Source: Candidatus Woesebacteria bacterium (GTDB lineage Bacteria; Patescibacteriota; Microgenomatia; UBA1400; PJMF01). From it: 64,000 nucleotides of DNA. A model generated the notes under the pieces. The model saw nothing but the letters and a program-made list of their open reading frames with translations. It did no database searches and was not told the origin of the DNA. The position numbers and the translations under genes are program-made. The stretch is from positions 30,695-94,694 of the forward strand of contig JASFHL010000005.1 of NCBI GenBank assembly GCA_050123235.1, written 5' to 3'. This document shows, one piece after another, positions 39,523-48,753 of the stretch (within the stretch, counting starts at the first letter, position 1; every line of letters begins with the position of its first letter).

Positions 39523-42500
39523 ATGAAATTTTTTAAAAAACCCCTCGTTTTTATTTTTTCTTGTTTTCTTTTTCTTTTAGTTAGCTTATTAGCAAATAAA
39601 AAAATTCATTTTTTTTCTAGCTCAGTTCCTGCTTTTGCTCAAAGCACTGACTCTCAAATTTTGATTAGTGCCAAAGAAGGAGATCAAGGTTTCAAAGCTG
39701 TGATTGCTCAATCTTCTTTGGAGGAGCCAGCTGTTTGGGTTGGAGATCATAAGCTTAATGGTGAGCTTGAATTGAGAGTTTATAAAGCAACGCTTACTTC
39801 CTTACTTGAATATCTAGCCCATGACGAAGATAACAATCAAGTTAATCCTGATGTTAGAGCTTCAGAATTAGAGCAGCTGGTAACTATCAATGAGCCGATT
39901 GCTTTTGCTCAAAAAAAGATTCTTCTTCCTTTGGAAGAAACTGGAGTCTGGTATTTGGAAGCTAGATTTAAAGGAGAAACTTGGGTAGGTAAGACTTTTT
40001 TGATTCGTTCTAAAACAGGAGTTTTAGTTAAAGAAGGAAATAATGAGCTTATCTTTTGGGGTCAAGATTATGCTAGTAAAAGAAGTATCAATCAAGGAGA
40101 AGTCACAGTTTATAATTTGGAAAATTCTATTCAAACTCTTGCTCAGAGTAATTTTAATCAAGATGGCGTTGCTAAAACAGGGATTAGCACTGATGCTGAT
40201 ATAGCTATTTTTAAAAATGGTAATGACATATCCCTGACGCCGATTAATCTACGTTTCTTAGAAGGCAACTGGGGTTACAATTTTTTTACTCCCAAAGAAA
40301 GAAAAGCCAAGTTTTTCACTTTTACTGATAGACCGCTTTATAAACCAGGAGACGTGATTAAATTTAAATCAATTATTAGAGACGATGATGATGCGGTCTA
40401 TTCTATTCCCAAAGGTTTAGCTCAAGTGAAGATTTATTCAGATGATTATGACAATCCTGTTTTTGTAGACAATTTTCCTATTACTGATGAAGGCAGCATC
40501 GCTGGTGAAGTAACACTGCCGGCTGATGCAAGTACAGATTATTATTATCTAGAGGTAAACTTAGATGCAACAGAAGAAGCTGACTATTATAATTATAATT
40601 TACGTGATTATGTTTATTTTCAGGTGGAGCATTATCGAAAACCAGAATATTCAATAGACATTGAAGCAGAAGAATCAGAGTTAATAGCTGGTGATAGTTC
40701 CTCTTTTACTATCACAGGTAGTTATTTCTTTGGAGAACCAATTAGCAAGCAAACTGTGAAGTATAAAATTTATTCAGCTCCTTATTGGTCTTCTGATTAT
40801 TACGGGCAAAGAAAAATTGAATTAAGTGACAATTATCGCTATGGATATTACTGGGGTAAAGAAGTGACTAGTGGTACGGCTGTGTTTAACAGTCAGGGTG
40901 AAGCAGTGATTGATTTTGAAGCTCTACTACCTGAAATAGATGCAACAGCTTCTTCTTATACCTCAAATACGTCCAAGAAAAGCCAAATTTATGCAATTGA
41001 AGCAGAGTTTGATGACGGTTCAGGAAATTCAGTTTTTGCTAGAAAAAATATTTTAGTGCGTAATGGTGAGTTTGGCATTTTTAAGAAAAACTATCAAAGT
41101 ACTGCGCTACTTAATCAAGAAATAGATGTTCCAATCAAACTAGTAGCTTATCAAGATGATGTTCAAATAAGTAAAATTGATTTAACTGTCAAGCCTGTGC
41201 ATCAAACTTGGGTGCGTGAAGAAGTAGAAGGTCAGAAATATCCTCGTTTTCGTGAAGAAAAAAAAGAGTTAAAAGAATTTTCTATAGTTACAGATAAACA
41301 AGGTGAGGCCACTATTAAGTTCACTCCTGAAAAGCTTGGTTCTTATGTGATGACAGTAGTGGCAGAAGATTCCAGGGGCAACCAAATCTCTAAAGATTTT
41401 TATTTTTGGATTACTGATGAAAAACAAGCTGTTTTCAGTGGTCAATATGAACAACATCTTGATATCCAAATTGATAAAGAAGAATATCAATTTCAAGACA
41501 CAGTCAAGGCAATTATTTCTTCTTCTGAGCCAGATAGGGATCTTTTCTTATCATTTGAAAGAGATGGGGTGAGGCGTTTTCAAACAGTTAAACTTCATGC
41601 TCAGACAGCCACTGTTGAACTGCCTTTGCAACAGACAGATATGCCGAATATTTTTTTATCAGTAGCAAGTTTTACCAAAGGACGCTTAGATAGTAACAAT
41701 CGAGTTGTTCATGTATCCCCTGATCCTCAAAAATTAACTGTTGAAATTAAAGCTAATAAAGAACGATATGTGCCTGCAGAAACAGTGACGCTTGATATTT
41801 TTACTAAAGATTTTGCTGGTAATGCTATCCCTGCTGAGACTGCAGTTTGGGTAGTTGATAAAGCAATCTTTGAATTGACTAATCAAGGAACAGCTGATAT
41901 TTTTAATCGCTTTTGGAGTGAACGTTATTTAAATACAGCAAAGTCTCACTCTTTAGAAGGCATTTTTATGATGAATATGGGAGGTGGCGGTGGCTGTTTT
42001 ACAGGAGATACTCAGATTTCTATTGCTAACGGAAAGGACAAGGCAATCAAAGATATTAAAATTGGCGATCAAGTTTTAACAAAGAAGAATCCCAATGATA
42101 AGCCAAAAGCAACTAAAGTAACTAAAGTTTTTGAGCATCAAGTTGCTGGCTATTTCTTAGTCAATGCTTCGCTTAAAGTTACCCCAGAGCACATCATGTG
42201 GATCAATGATCGCTGGCAAACTGCCTCTCATTTAAAAATAGGCGATAAGCTTAGGGACAGTCAGAATAATGAAATAGAAGTAGTTTCACTGGAATGGCAA
42301 GATGGCTTATTTAAGGTTTTTAACTTAGAAGTAGAAAATGCTCATACTTTTTTTGCCAATGATATCTGGGTACATAATCAGAAAGGTGATGGTGGTGGTA
42401 GAAAAATTTTTGAAGATACAGCTTATTGGAATCCTTTTGTTAAAACTGACGCCAATGGTCATGCTCAAATTACTTTTAAATTGCCAGACAATTTAACTAC

Positions 42501-44670
42501 CTGGGTGATTAGTTCAGTCGGAGCTACCCAAGATACTAAAGTCGGTCAAAGTACTCAAGAGATTCTTGTTTCCAAGAGTGTTGTTTTAAGGCCAATTTTA
42601 CCTAATCTTTTACTTATAGAAGACGAAATCGTAATCCCTGCTATTCTTCACAACTTCACTGATGAAGATCATGAGTTTAAAGTAAACTTAGAGACTGATA
42701 GTGCAGAGATTTTAGATCAAAATAAACAAACAGTGATAGTAAAATCAGGCGAGTTTGCCCAAGTAGCTTGGCATTTAAAAGCAAGTCAAGCAAATGAAGT
42801 AGCAGCTTTTACTTTTTCAGCCCAAGCAAGTGATAATCAGGAGCTATCAGATATTATCACTCGTAAGATTCCAGTAAGAAAGTTTGGTTTTTGGGAGAAA
42901 ACAGGTGAAAATTCAGAAGGTTCTGGTAGCTTTACTCTTAGCTTAAATCCAGATAGTGATAGAGAAAAATCTAAATTCACGCTTTTGCTCAGTCCAAGTC
43001 TGATTTCCAGCTTACCTTCTGCTATGAAATATTTAGTAGATTATCCTTACGGTTGCACAGAACAAACTACCAGCCGTTTTGTGCCAGCTGTGATTGCTAA
43101 GGAAAACCCGCAGCTTTTTGCTGAGGCTCTGAAAGATAAGGATCTTGATGCCATTATTAATAAATCTATTAGCAAATTAGCTGATCATCAACAAAGTGAT
43201 GGCGGTTGGTCTTGGTGGTCGAATGGCGAGAGTGATTATTTTGTCACAGCCTATGTTTTAGAGTATTTACTGAGGGCAGAAAAATTAGGATTTGATGTAA
43301 ACTATTTCATTAAAAATCAGGCAAAGCGTTTTCTTTCTACATTGAGACAAGAAGATCGGGAAAAAGCTGCTAATCCTTCAGCTGAAGAGTTGAGAGAGTC
43401 TATTGAGGAATTGATTATTAGATCCTATGCTCTTTCCCTCTTAGGAGAGAGATTGGAAAGCTTTCACGGTTTTGAAGGTTTAAGTCCGGATATTTTAGCT
43501 CTAGCAGTAATGAGTAACTTTAATAATGGTAATACTGATCCTCAAACTAATGGTCTGGATTATCTTTTATCTTTGGCCAAAGAACAAGGAGATAGTTTAT
43601 ATTGGCCAGCTGGTAAAAGTAGATACTTTGGTTCTCAAGCTGCCTCTACAGCTTTAGCTATTAAAGCACTTGCTAAGGCGAATTATCAATTGCCAAAGGC
43701 TGGTCAAGCAGTTAAGTTTTTATTAAAGAATCGTAAGAATCGTTATTGGGCAAACACCTTTGCTACTGCACAAATTGTGCAAGCTGCAGTTGATTTTGCT
43801 CATAGTAGCGAGCAAACTAATCCTGATTTTAGTTTCACAGTTTCTTTAGACAACCAGCAACTTCATCAAGCCCTAGTCAATGATTCGATGCAAGAATTAG
43901 AAGCAGTGGAGATTAAAGGTACAGATTTAGCAGCAGCCACTGCTCAGTTAGCTGTTGAAAGATCAGCTGGCCCAGGTCAATTGTATTTCACCCTCTTGAC
44001 CGAAGAATTCCGTACCAATAAAAACGCTGACGCAGTCAGTCATGGCATCAATATCAAGCGTAAATATGTCAATACCAAGGGTGAAGATTATTCAATTGGC
44101 GTAGGAGATATTATTAATGTTGAGCTCACAGTAGGTGGCCTAAATAGTACAGACTATTATGCAGTGATTGAAGATCAATTACCAGCCGGTATGCTGCCAA
44201 TTAATAAGAAGCTTAAGAGTGAACAATTTACTCAAGAAACAGACAATTACTATAGCACAGCAGGGCAAGAGGTGACTGAAAATGGGATGATTATTTCTTT
44301 ATATAGAATCAGTCCAAAAGAAAAAATTTATACTTATCAAGCTCGAGTAGTTAATCAAGGCAAATTCATTGCTCCGCCAGCTAAAGTTTTCTTGATGTAT
44401 TCTCCTGAAATCTATGCTAGGACTACAACTGAAACAGTAGAAATTATGGCAGAGTCTAAAGCTAGCGGGTTCAAGCGAATCCAGGAATTGATTGGCGCTG
44501 ATAGACAGCCAATAGTGCTAATTCTTCTTATTTTAATTATTCTGCTTAGCCTATCGTTAATTGGATTTTTGATTTTGAAGAAAAAAAGACCGGCTACTTT
44601 TAAAAAATTGAAGAGTAAAATTTTAGCTTTGAAAAAAGTTCGAAAGAAAGATAATTCAGAAAAGAATTAA
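39523..44670 (+). CDS. giant alpha-2-macroglobulin/thioester-containing-protein-like surface protein with an embedded Hint (mini-intein/BIL-type) domain
   Basis: 1715 aa; N-terminal signal peptide; C-terminal TM helix + basic tail; thioester-type motif DYPYGCTEQTTS (compare PYGCGEQ of A2M); long beta-rich N-terminal region consistent with MG domains; complete Hint domain at aa 825-952. Confidence 0.8.
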   Translation: MKFFKKPLVFIFSCFLFLLVSLLANKKIHFFSSSVPAFAQSTDSQILISAKEGDQGFKAVIAQSSLEEPAVWVGDHKLNGELELRVYKATLTSLLEYLAHDEDNNQVNPDVRASELEQLVTINEPIAFAQKKILLPLEETGVWYLEARFKGETWVGKTFLIRSKTGVLVKEGNNELIFWGQDYASKRSINQGEVTVYNLENSIQTLAQSNFNQDGVAKTGISTDADIAIFKNGNDISLTPINLRFLEGNWGYNFFTPKERKAKFFTFTDRPLYKPGDVIKFKSIIRDDDDAVYSIPKGLAQVKIYSDDYDNPVFVDNFPITDEGSIAGEVTLPADASTDYYYLEVNLDATEEADYYNYNLRDYVYFQVEHYRKPEYSIDIEAEESELIAGDSSSFTITGSYFFGEPISKQTVKYKIYSAPYWSSDYYGQRKIELSDNYRYGYYWGKEVTSGTAVFNSQGEAVIDFEALLPEIDATASSYTSNTSKKSQIYAIEAEFDDGSGNSVFARKNILVRNGEFGIFKKNYQSTALLNQEIDVPIKLVAYQDDVQISKIDLTVKPVHQTWVREEVEGQKYPRFREEKKELKEFSIVTDKQGEATIKFTPEKLGSYVMTVVAEDSRGNQISKDFYFWITDEKQAVFSGQYEQHLDIQIDKEEYQFQDTVKAIISSSEPDRDLFLSFERDGVRRFQTVKLHAQTATVELPLQQTDMPNIFLSVASFTKGRLDSNNRVVHVSPDPQKLTVEIKANKERYVPAETVTLDIFTKDFAGNAIPAETAVWVVDKAIFELTNQGTADIFNRFWSERYLNTAKSHSLEGIFMMNMGGGGGCFTGDTQISIANGKDKAIKDIKIGDQVLTKKNPNDKPKATKVTKVFEHQVAGYFLVNASLKVTPEHIMWINDRWQTASHLKIGDKLRDSQNNEIEVVSLEWQDGLFKVFNLEVENAHTFFANDIWVHNQKGDGGGRKIFEDTAYWNPFVKTDANGHAQITFKLPDNLTTWVISSVGATQDTKVGQSTQEILVSKSVVLRPILPNLLLIEDEIVIPAILHNFTDEDHEFKVNLETDSAEILDQNKQTVIVKSGEFAQVAWHLKASQANEVAAFTFSAQASDNQELSDIITRKIPVRKFGFWEKTGENSEGSGSFTLSLNPDSDREKSKFTLLLSPSLISSLPSAMKYLVDYPYGCTEQTTSRFVPAVIAKENPQLFAEALKDKDLDAIINKSISKLADHQQSDGGWSWWSNGESDYFVTAYVLEYLLRAEKLGFDVNYFIKNQAKRFLSTLRQEDREKAANPSAEELRESIEELIIRSYALSLLGERLESFHGFEGLSPDILALAVMSNFNNGNTDPQTNGLDYLLSLAKEQGDSLYWPAGKSRYFGSQAASTALAIKALAKANYQLPKAGQAVKFLLKNRKNRYWANTFATAQIVQAAVDFAHSSEQTNPDFSFTVSLDNQQLHQALVNDSMQELEAVEIKGTDLAAATAQLAVERSAGPGQLYFTLLTEEFRTNKNADAVSHGINIKRKYVNTKGEDYSIGVGDIINVELTVGGLNSTDYYAVIEDQLPAGMLPINKKLKSEQFTQETDNYYSTAGQEVTENGMIISLYRISPKEKIYTYQARVVNQGKFIAPPAKVFLMYSPEIYARTTTETVEIMAESKASGFKRIQELIGADRQPIVLILLILIILLSLSLIGFLILKKKRPATFKKLKSKILALKKVRKKDNSEKN
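41995..42378 (+). other. Hint / mini-intein-like (bacterial-intein-like) domain inside the A2M-like ORF
   Basis: Starts with Cys in block A (GGGGG|CFTGDTQISIANG); block B TPEH; blocks F/G VFNLEVENAHTFFANDIWVHN; ends His-Asn. The +1 residue is Gln and both junctions are poly-Gly (MMNMGGGGG / QKGDGGG). Confidence 0.85.
43051..43065 (+). other. putative thioester site (GCTEQ) of the A2M-like protein
   Basis: DYPYGCTEQTT resembles the CxEQ thioester motif (PYGCGEQNM in eukaryotic A2M/C3). Confidence 0.6.
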
Positions 44671-44706
44671 TTTGATTATCATGACTAGAGTTATTGCAAA
44701 ATAAGA

Positions 44707-44725
44707 AATTTTATTGTAGTAAATG
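44707..44725. repeat. degenerate solo half-site (AATTTTATTGTAGTAAATG) of the inverted-repeat element
   Basis: Partial match to the element terminus, in the convergent gap after the A2M-like gene. Confidence 0.35.
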
Positions 44726-44755
44726 TAAGTGACTAAATCCTATTTCGCAATAATT

Positions 44756-45148
44756 CTACTTTTTTTCGCAAATCTCTTGTTGAAATTTTTTGTTATATCT
44801 ATCAAACAATTTTTGAAATTCCTGATGAAGCTCTTCCATGACTGTATCTTCCACATTTTCTATGTTGAGTAATTTAGTTCTAGCCCCTTTGACTGCTCTA
44901 ATTAACTCATCTAGTTTGAGATGAATGGCTCTACTATCCCTGTTTTGTGTATTTTGAATTAAAAATACCATTAAAAAAGTAATGATAGTGGTAGTAGTAT
45001 TAATTACCAATTGCCATGTGTCAGAAAAATTAAAAATCGGCCCAGTGATAAGCCAAAGTGCAATAATACTTATGGCTATAAAAAACGCCCAAACTGTCCC
45101 TACAGTGTGAGCAATCTTGTTTGCTAGTTTTCTAAAAATATTGTGCAT
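44756..45148 (-). CDS. low-affinity iron permease-family (Fet4-like, PF04120-type) small membrane protein
   Basis: 130 aa; GTVWAF...SDTWQLVINT.TTIITFLMVFLIQNTQNRD...KLDELIRA motif block characteristic of this family. Confidence 0.55.
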   Translation of the reverse strand: MHNIFRKLANKIAHTVGTVWAFFIAISIIALWLITGPIFNFSDTWQLVINTTTTIITFLMVFLIQNTQNRDSRAIHLKLDELIRAVKGARTKLLNIENVEDTVMEELHQEFQKLFDRYNKKFQQEICEKK

Positions 45149-45239
45149 AAGTCAGCTTACTGCAGCTAGTTAAAAAAATTTTAAAAAAATAAATTGCTTT
45201 GTTTTCATCTTGCTGAGTTCCTTTCAGATACCATTATAT

Positions 45240-45265
45240 TTAAAAAACGTGCCTAATGCACGTTC
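45240..45265 (-). terminator. rho-independent terminator (minus strand) downstream of the 45393-45647 gene
   Basis: Perfect 7-bp stem AACGTGC/GCACGTT with loop CTAAT; on the minus strand it is followed by a U-run (plus-strand AAAAAA at 45242-45247). Confidence 0.6.
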
Positions 45266-45392
45266 TAAAAATGATTTAATTTTTGTTTTTTACAGTCTAG
45301 TTTGGTGGAAAGGCGTTTCCTAGTTAAACTGCTCTTTGATACTTAGAGTTGCCTTACACCTGACAAAAGTTTATATTAAATTCTTTGTTCTA

Positions 45393-45647
45393 TTATTCTT
45401 CTTCACTAGCTTCTAGAAATTCTGCTTGTTGCATTTTTTGTAGAGAACCCTGAATTAAATTATGATAGTGACTAGTCCCTACTTCTAGTCCACTTGGATT
45501 GCTGACGAGAGAAACAGCTAAATTATGAATAGCTTGTTCGTTCAAAGGAACCTCAAACTTAGACAACAATAACTTTACATTCTGAATTTCTTTATTTTTA
45601 ATAGCATTAATAAAAATATCTTTATAAGTTTTGCTATTGTTTCTCAT
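45393..45647 (-). CDS. hypothetical protein (84 aa)
   Basis: Intact ORF; no motifs recognised. Confidence 0.35.
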   Translation of the reverse strand: MRNNSKTYKDIFINAIKNKEIQNVKLLLSKFEVPLNEQAIHNLAVSLVSNPSGLEVGTSHYHNLIQGSLQKMQQAEFLEASEEE

Positions 45648-45786
45648 TGTCCTCCTTTCTAGATTTCTAAATATTCTATGGTCAGTTATGATTTCTGATA
45701 ATATACATCTTGTTTGTTTAAATTAAGACTTGTCTTTTTCATATATAAAGAGTATATTTCAAAAAATAAAACAATTTGTTTTATTT

Positions 45787-46860
45787 ATGAAAACAAAATT
45801 ACACACTCATGCTTCATTGGTAGCTAAACGGATTAAGAGAGCAAGGATTAAAGCTGGTTTATCTCAACAAGAACTAGGGGAATTAGTTTTTAAAACAGGA
45901 GCTGCGATTGGTTATATTGAAAGAGGTTATCGCGGCGTTAATGTCGAAGATCTAGTTCGATTTTCCAAAGTACTGAATGTCCCCATTGATTATTTTTTTT
46001 CTCAAAAAATCACCAGTGATTTAGTTCTTCAAGAAACTTTAGATAAGTTACAGCAACATATAGCTAAATTGAACACTACCCTTCTAACTGAGAATCAAAT
46101 AATCGAGGAGCTGATCAGAGATTTACCAAGAGCAGAAGAGTTGAGATTAATTACAGAAGCTTCTATTAATCCAATTTTATTAATTTCTCAGACAGGAAAA
46201 ATTCTATATGTTACTCGCTCAATTAAAGATATGATTGGCTTTAGAGCAAAAGATTTACTTGGTAAATCTCATCTTTTAATAGTGCCTAAAGAGAGAAAAC
46301 AGCAGTGCAAACAAAATTTGAATAAATTATTTACAAAACAAAAGCGTTTGCAATATGAAAGCCAATTGCAACATCTTAATACTGCTCTTATTGATGTTGA
46401 GATTAATGCTGGTGTAATTAAAAAAGATGGCAAACTAATGGTTCATGCTATCTTACGTAATATTACTGATAGAAAGAAGATTCAACACCAGTTGGCAGCA
46501 ATGAAAAAACAGTGTGTTTCTATTTTTGATAATATTCCAACCATGATTTTAGCTCTTGATGAAAAAATGAATATTGTGATCTGGAATAAAGAGTGTGAGG
46601 AAATTACTGCTTATTCTAAAGAAGAAATCATTGCTAATGGCAATGCATTCCATTTGATTTTTGCTGATTTAATTTTAGAAAAGAAATCAACAAAGGAGTT
46701 TATTAAAACCATTAAAAACCAAAGTAAAGTTGATAATAGGAAACTAAGAGTTCATTGTAAGAATGGCACAGTTAAGGAAATGACTGTATCAATTGTTGCT
46801 GATCAAGATTTTACTATTGATCATAAAAATTGCTTAGTGTTTGCTTTAAAGGAATCATAG
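45787..46860 (+). CDS. XRE-type HTH + PAS-domain regulator
   Basis: N-terminal HTH (IKRARIKAGLSQQELGELV....AIGYIERG.R...V.DL..FSKVL.VP.DYF), then two PAS-like segments. I prefer the ATG at 45787 over the upstream ORF-track start at 45730. Confidence 0.65.
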   Translation: MKTKLHTHASLVAKRIKRARIKAGLSQQELGELVFKTGAAIGYIERGYRGVNVEDLVRFSKVLNVPIDYFFSQKITSDLVLQETLDKLQQHIAKLNTTLLTENQIIEELIRDLPRAEELRLITEASINPILLISQTGKILYVTRSIKDMIGFRAKDLLGKSHLLIVPKERKQQCKQNLNKLFTKQKRLQYESQLQHLNTALIDVEINAGVIKKDGKLMVHAILRNITDRKKIQHQLAAMKKQCVSIFDNIPTMILALDEKMNIVIWNKECEEITAYSKEEIIANGNAFHLIFADLILEKKSTKEFIKTIKNQSKVDNRKLRVHCKNGTVKEMTVSIVADQDFTIDHKNCLVFALKES

Positions 46861-47310
46861 ATGCTTTTACTTCATAGTTGTTGTGCTGATTGTACTATTA
46901 AGTTTCTTAAATCATTAGAATATGATTCAACCGCTAAAGTAGCTAGAGTTGCTCTATTTTTTTACAATCCAAATATTCATCCTAGATCAGAGTATTTATC
47001 TAGGCTGGCTGCCTTAAAAAATTTTTTTGCTAATCAGAAATTAAAAGTTATTATTTTTAATTGGCGACCAAGTGAGTATTTCAAAAAGATAATAAAGTTG
47101 AAAGATTCTCAAGAAAATAAAAAAATTTTTATTGAGAAAAAAGATCGCTGTCCTCTTTGCTGGCATTTAAGATTAGAAAAAGCTTTCCAATATGCTAAGG
47201 AGCACGATTATCAAGAATTATCTTCAACTTTGCTAAGCAGTTCTTATCAAAATCAAAAAAAGATTTTAGCTATAGCCAAAAAATTGGCAAAAAAATATAA
47301 AGTTAAATAG
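46861..47310 (+). CDS. QueH-like (DUF208, epoxyqueuosine reductase-like) protein, short
   Basis: 149 aa; N-terminal LLLHSCCADC (QueH has LLHxCCAPC) and a later CPLCW..RL Cys motif; shorter than typical QueH. Confidence 0.45.
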   Translation: MLLLHSCCADCTIKFLKSLEYDSTAKVARVALFFYNPNIHPRSEYLSRLAALKNFFANQKLKVIIFNWRPSEYFKKIIKLKDSQENKKIFIEKKDRCPLCWHLRLEKAFQYAKEHDYQELSSTLLSSSYQNQKKILAIAKKLAKKYKVK

Positions 47311-47395
47311 ATTACCAATTCCTGTTTTCTAGCAAAAGATTGACAAAACAAATCACTGTTTGTTAAACTACAAATTATTCTGATGAATAATTAAT

Positions 47396-47452
47396 ATGCA
47401 AATCAATAAATTTAAAAACAATCAGCTTCTCCTTATTCTTACTATTCCGTAA
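47396..47452 (+). CDS. leu-operon leader peptide (18 aa: MQINKFKNNQLLLILTIP)
   Basis: Short ORF with four Leu and two Ile codons clustered at codons 11-17. Its stop codon lies inside the first stem of the attenuator, 123 bp upstream of leuA. Confidence 0.7.
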   Translation: MQINKFKNNQLLLILTIP

Positions 47453-47532
47453 GGACGGAGTTGTGATTGTTAGGCAACCTCCGTCAGGAGGTTTTTTTAA
47501 TTTTAAAACCTCCAAAAAACGGGGGTTTTTTT
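47445..47532 (+). promoter_or_regulatory. transcription attenuator of the leu operon (alternative hairpins + tandem terminators)
   Basis: Segment 1 TCCGT (446-450) pairs with ACGGA (455-459). Segment 2 GACGGAG (454-460) can alternatively pair with CTCCGTC (479-485). Terminator 1 is CCTCC-GTCA-GGAGG + T7 (478-498). A second terminator-like hairpin is CCTCC-A6C-GGGGG + T7 (509-532). Confidence 0.7.
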
Positions 47533-47574
47533 ATATAGAATGCTAAAAATTAATTTTTCAAAAAAAGGAAATTT

Positions 47575-48753
47575 ATGAAAAAACAATTTAAAAAAAACAA
47601 ATTGATAATTTTCGATACTACTCTCCGTGATGGAGAACAAGTACCAGGAGCTAAATTAAACACAGAAGAAAAAGTGATTATTGCCAAGCAACTAGAAAAG
47701 CTAGGTGTAGATGTGATAGAAGCTGGTTTTCCTATCTCCAGTCCTGAAGACTTTCGATCAGTTAATGAAGTTGCTAAAAAAATAAAGCATGCTGTAGTTT
47801 GTGGATTAACTAGAGCAGTAAAGAAAGATATTGAAGTGGCAGCAGAGGCCTTGCAGACAGCAAAGTTTCCTAGAATTCATACTGGGATTGGTGCCTCTGA
47901 TGTTCACATTAAACATAAATTCAAATCAACTAGGAAAAGAGTACTTGAGCAAGCTATTAAGGCAGTCAAGTATGCCAAAAAATTTGTTGATGATGTGGAA
48001 TTTTATGCTGAGGATGCTGGTCGAGCTAATGATAAATTCTTGTCTAAGATGGTTGAGGCCGTGATTGCAGCTGGAGCTACTACTGTCAATATTCCTGATA
48101 CTACAGGTTACTGTTTCCCAGAAGAATTTGCTGCAAAAATCAATTATCTTTTTGAGAATGTCAAAGGTATTGATCAGGCTGTGATTAGTGTTCATTGCCA
48201 TAACGATTTAGGTTTAGCCACAGCTAATAGTATTGCTGCTATTCAAGCAGGAGCAAGACAAGTTGAAGTCACCATTAATGGCATTGGTGAACGGGCAGGA
48301 AATACAGCCTTAGAGGAAGTGGTGATGGCAATGGAAACACGGGCCAAACAAAACTTGGATATTGATATTCAAACTAAAGAAATATCTAAGACTTCTAGCT
48401 TGGTTTCAGAAACGATGGGTATTCCAATTCAACCTAATAAAGCAATTGTTGGAGCCAATGCTTTTGCTCATTCTTCTGGAATTCACCAAGATGGTTTGCT
48501 CAAAAAAAGACAAAATTATGAAATCATTAATCCCAAGACAGTTGGGATTAATAGTTCTAAGATTATTCTAACTGCTCGTTCTGGCAGAGCTGCCTTGAGA
48601 TTCAGATTAGCTGAGTTAGGTTTTGCAATGGAAAAAGAAGAGATCAGTAATATTTATGGAGATTTTCTCAAAATAGCTGATAGCAAAAAAGAAGTGACAA
48701 ATAAAGACTTAAAAGAACTTATTAAAACAGTTGGATTGCAAAAGGGAGCTTGA
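47575..48753 (+). CDS. leuA: 2-isopropylmalate synthase / (R)-citramalate synthase family enzyme, catalytic domain only (no C-terminal LeuA allosteric domain)
   Basis: 392 aa; DTTLRDGEQ and HCHNDLGLA(T)AN motifs of the HMGL-like/LeuA family. It ends right after the TIM-barrel and subdomain I, and is followed by leuCDB. Confidence 0.8.
   Translation: MKKQFKKNKLIIFDTTLRDGEQVPGAKLNTEEKVIIAKQLEKLGVDVIEAGFPISSPEDFRSVNEVAKKIKHAVVCGLTRAVKKDIEVAAEALQTAKFPRIHTGIGASDVHIKHKFKSTRKRVLEQAIKAVKYAKKFVDDVEFYAEDAGRANDKFLSKMVEAVIAAGATTVNIPDTTGYCFPEEFAAKINYLFENVKGIDQAVISVHCHNDLGLATANSIAAIQAGARQVEVTINGIGERAGNTALEEVVMAMETRAKQNLDIDIQTKEISKTSSLVSETMGIPIQPNKAIVGANAFAHSSGIHQDGLLKKRQNYEIINPKTVGINSSKIILTARSGRAALRFRLAELGFAMEKEEISNIYGDFLKIADSKKEVTNKDLKELIKTVGLQKGA

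Noticed and set aside
41995-42378. Interpretation of the Hint domain as a canonical splicing intein
   Set aside because: The +1 residue is Gln, not Cys/Ser/Thr. The host protein is not a typical intein host such as a polymerase or helicase. The flanks are poly-Gly linkers rather than a conserved active-site insertion point. A BIL-type autoprocessing domain is more consistent.
45280-45392. Possible small RNA (GGAAA-GGCG-TTTCC hairpin) in the gap downstream of the 45393-45647 (-) gene
   Set aside because: It is a single short hairpin with no conserved partner or terminator on either strand; insufficient evidence.
47831-48201. Internal ORFs (47831-48064 +, 47926-48201 -) inside leuA
   Set aside because: They overlap the conserved LeuA catalytic barrel in other frames; spurious.
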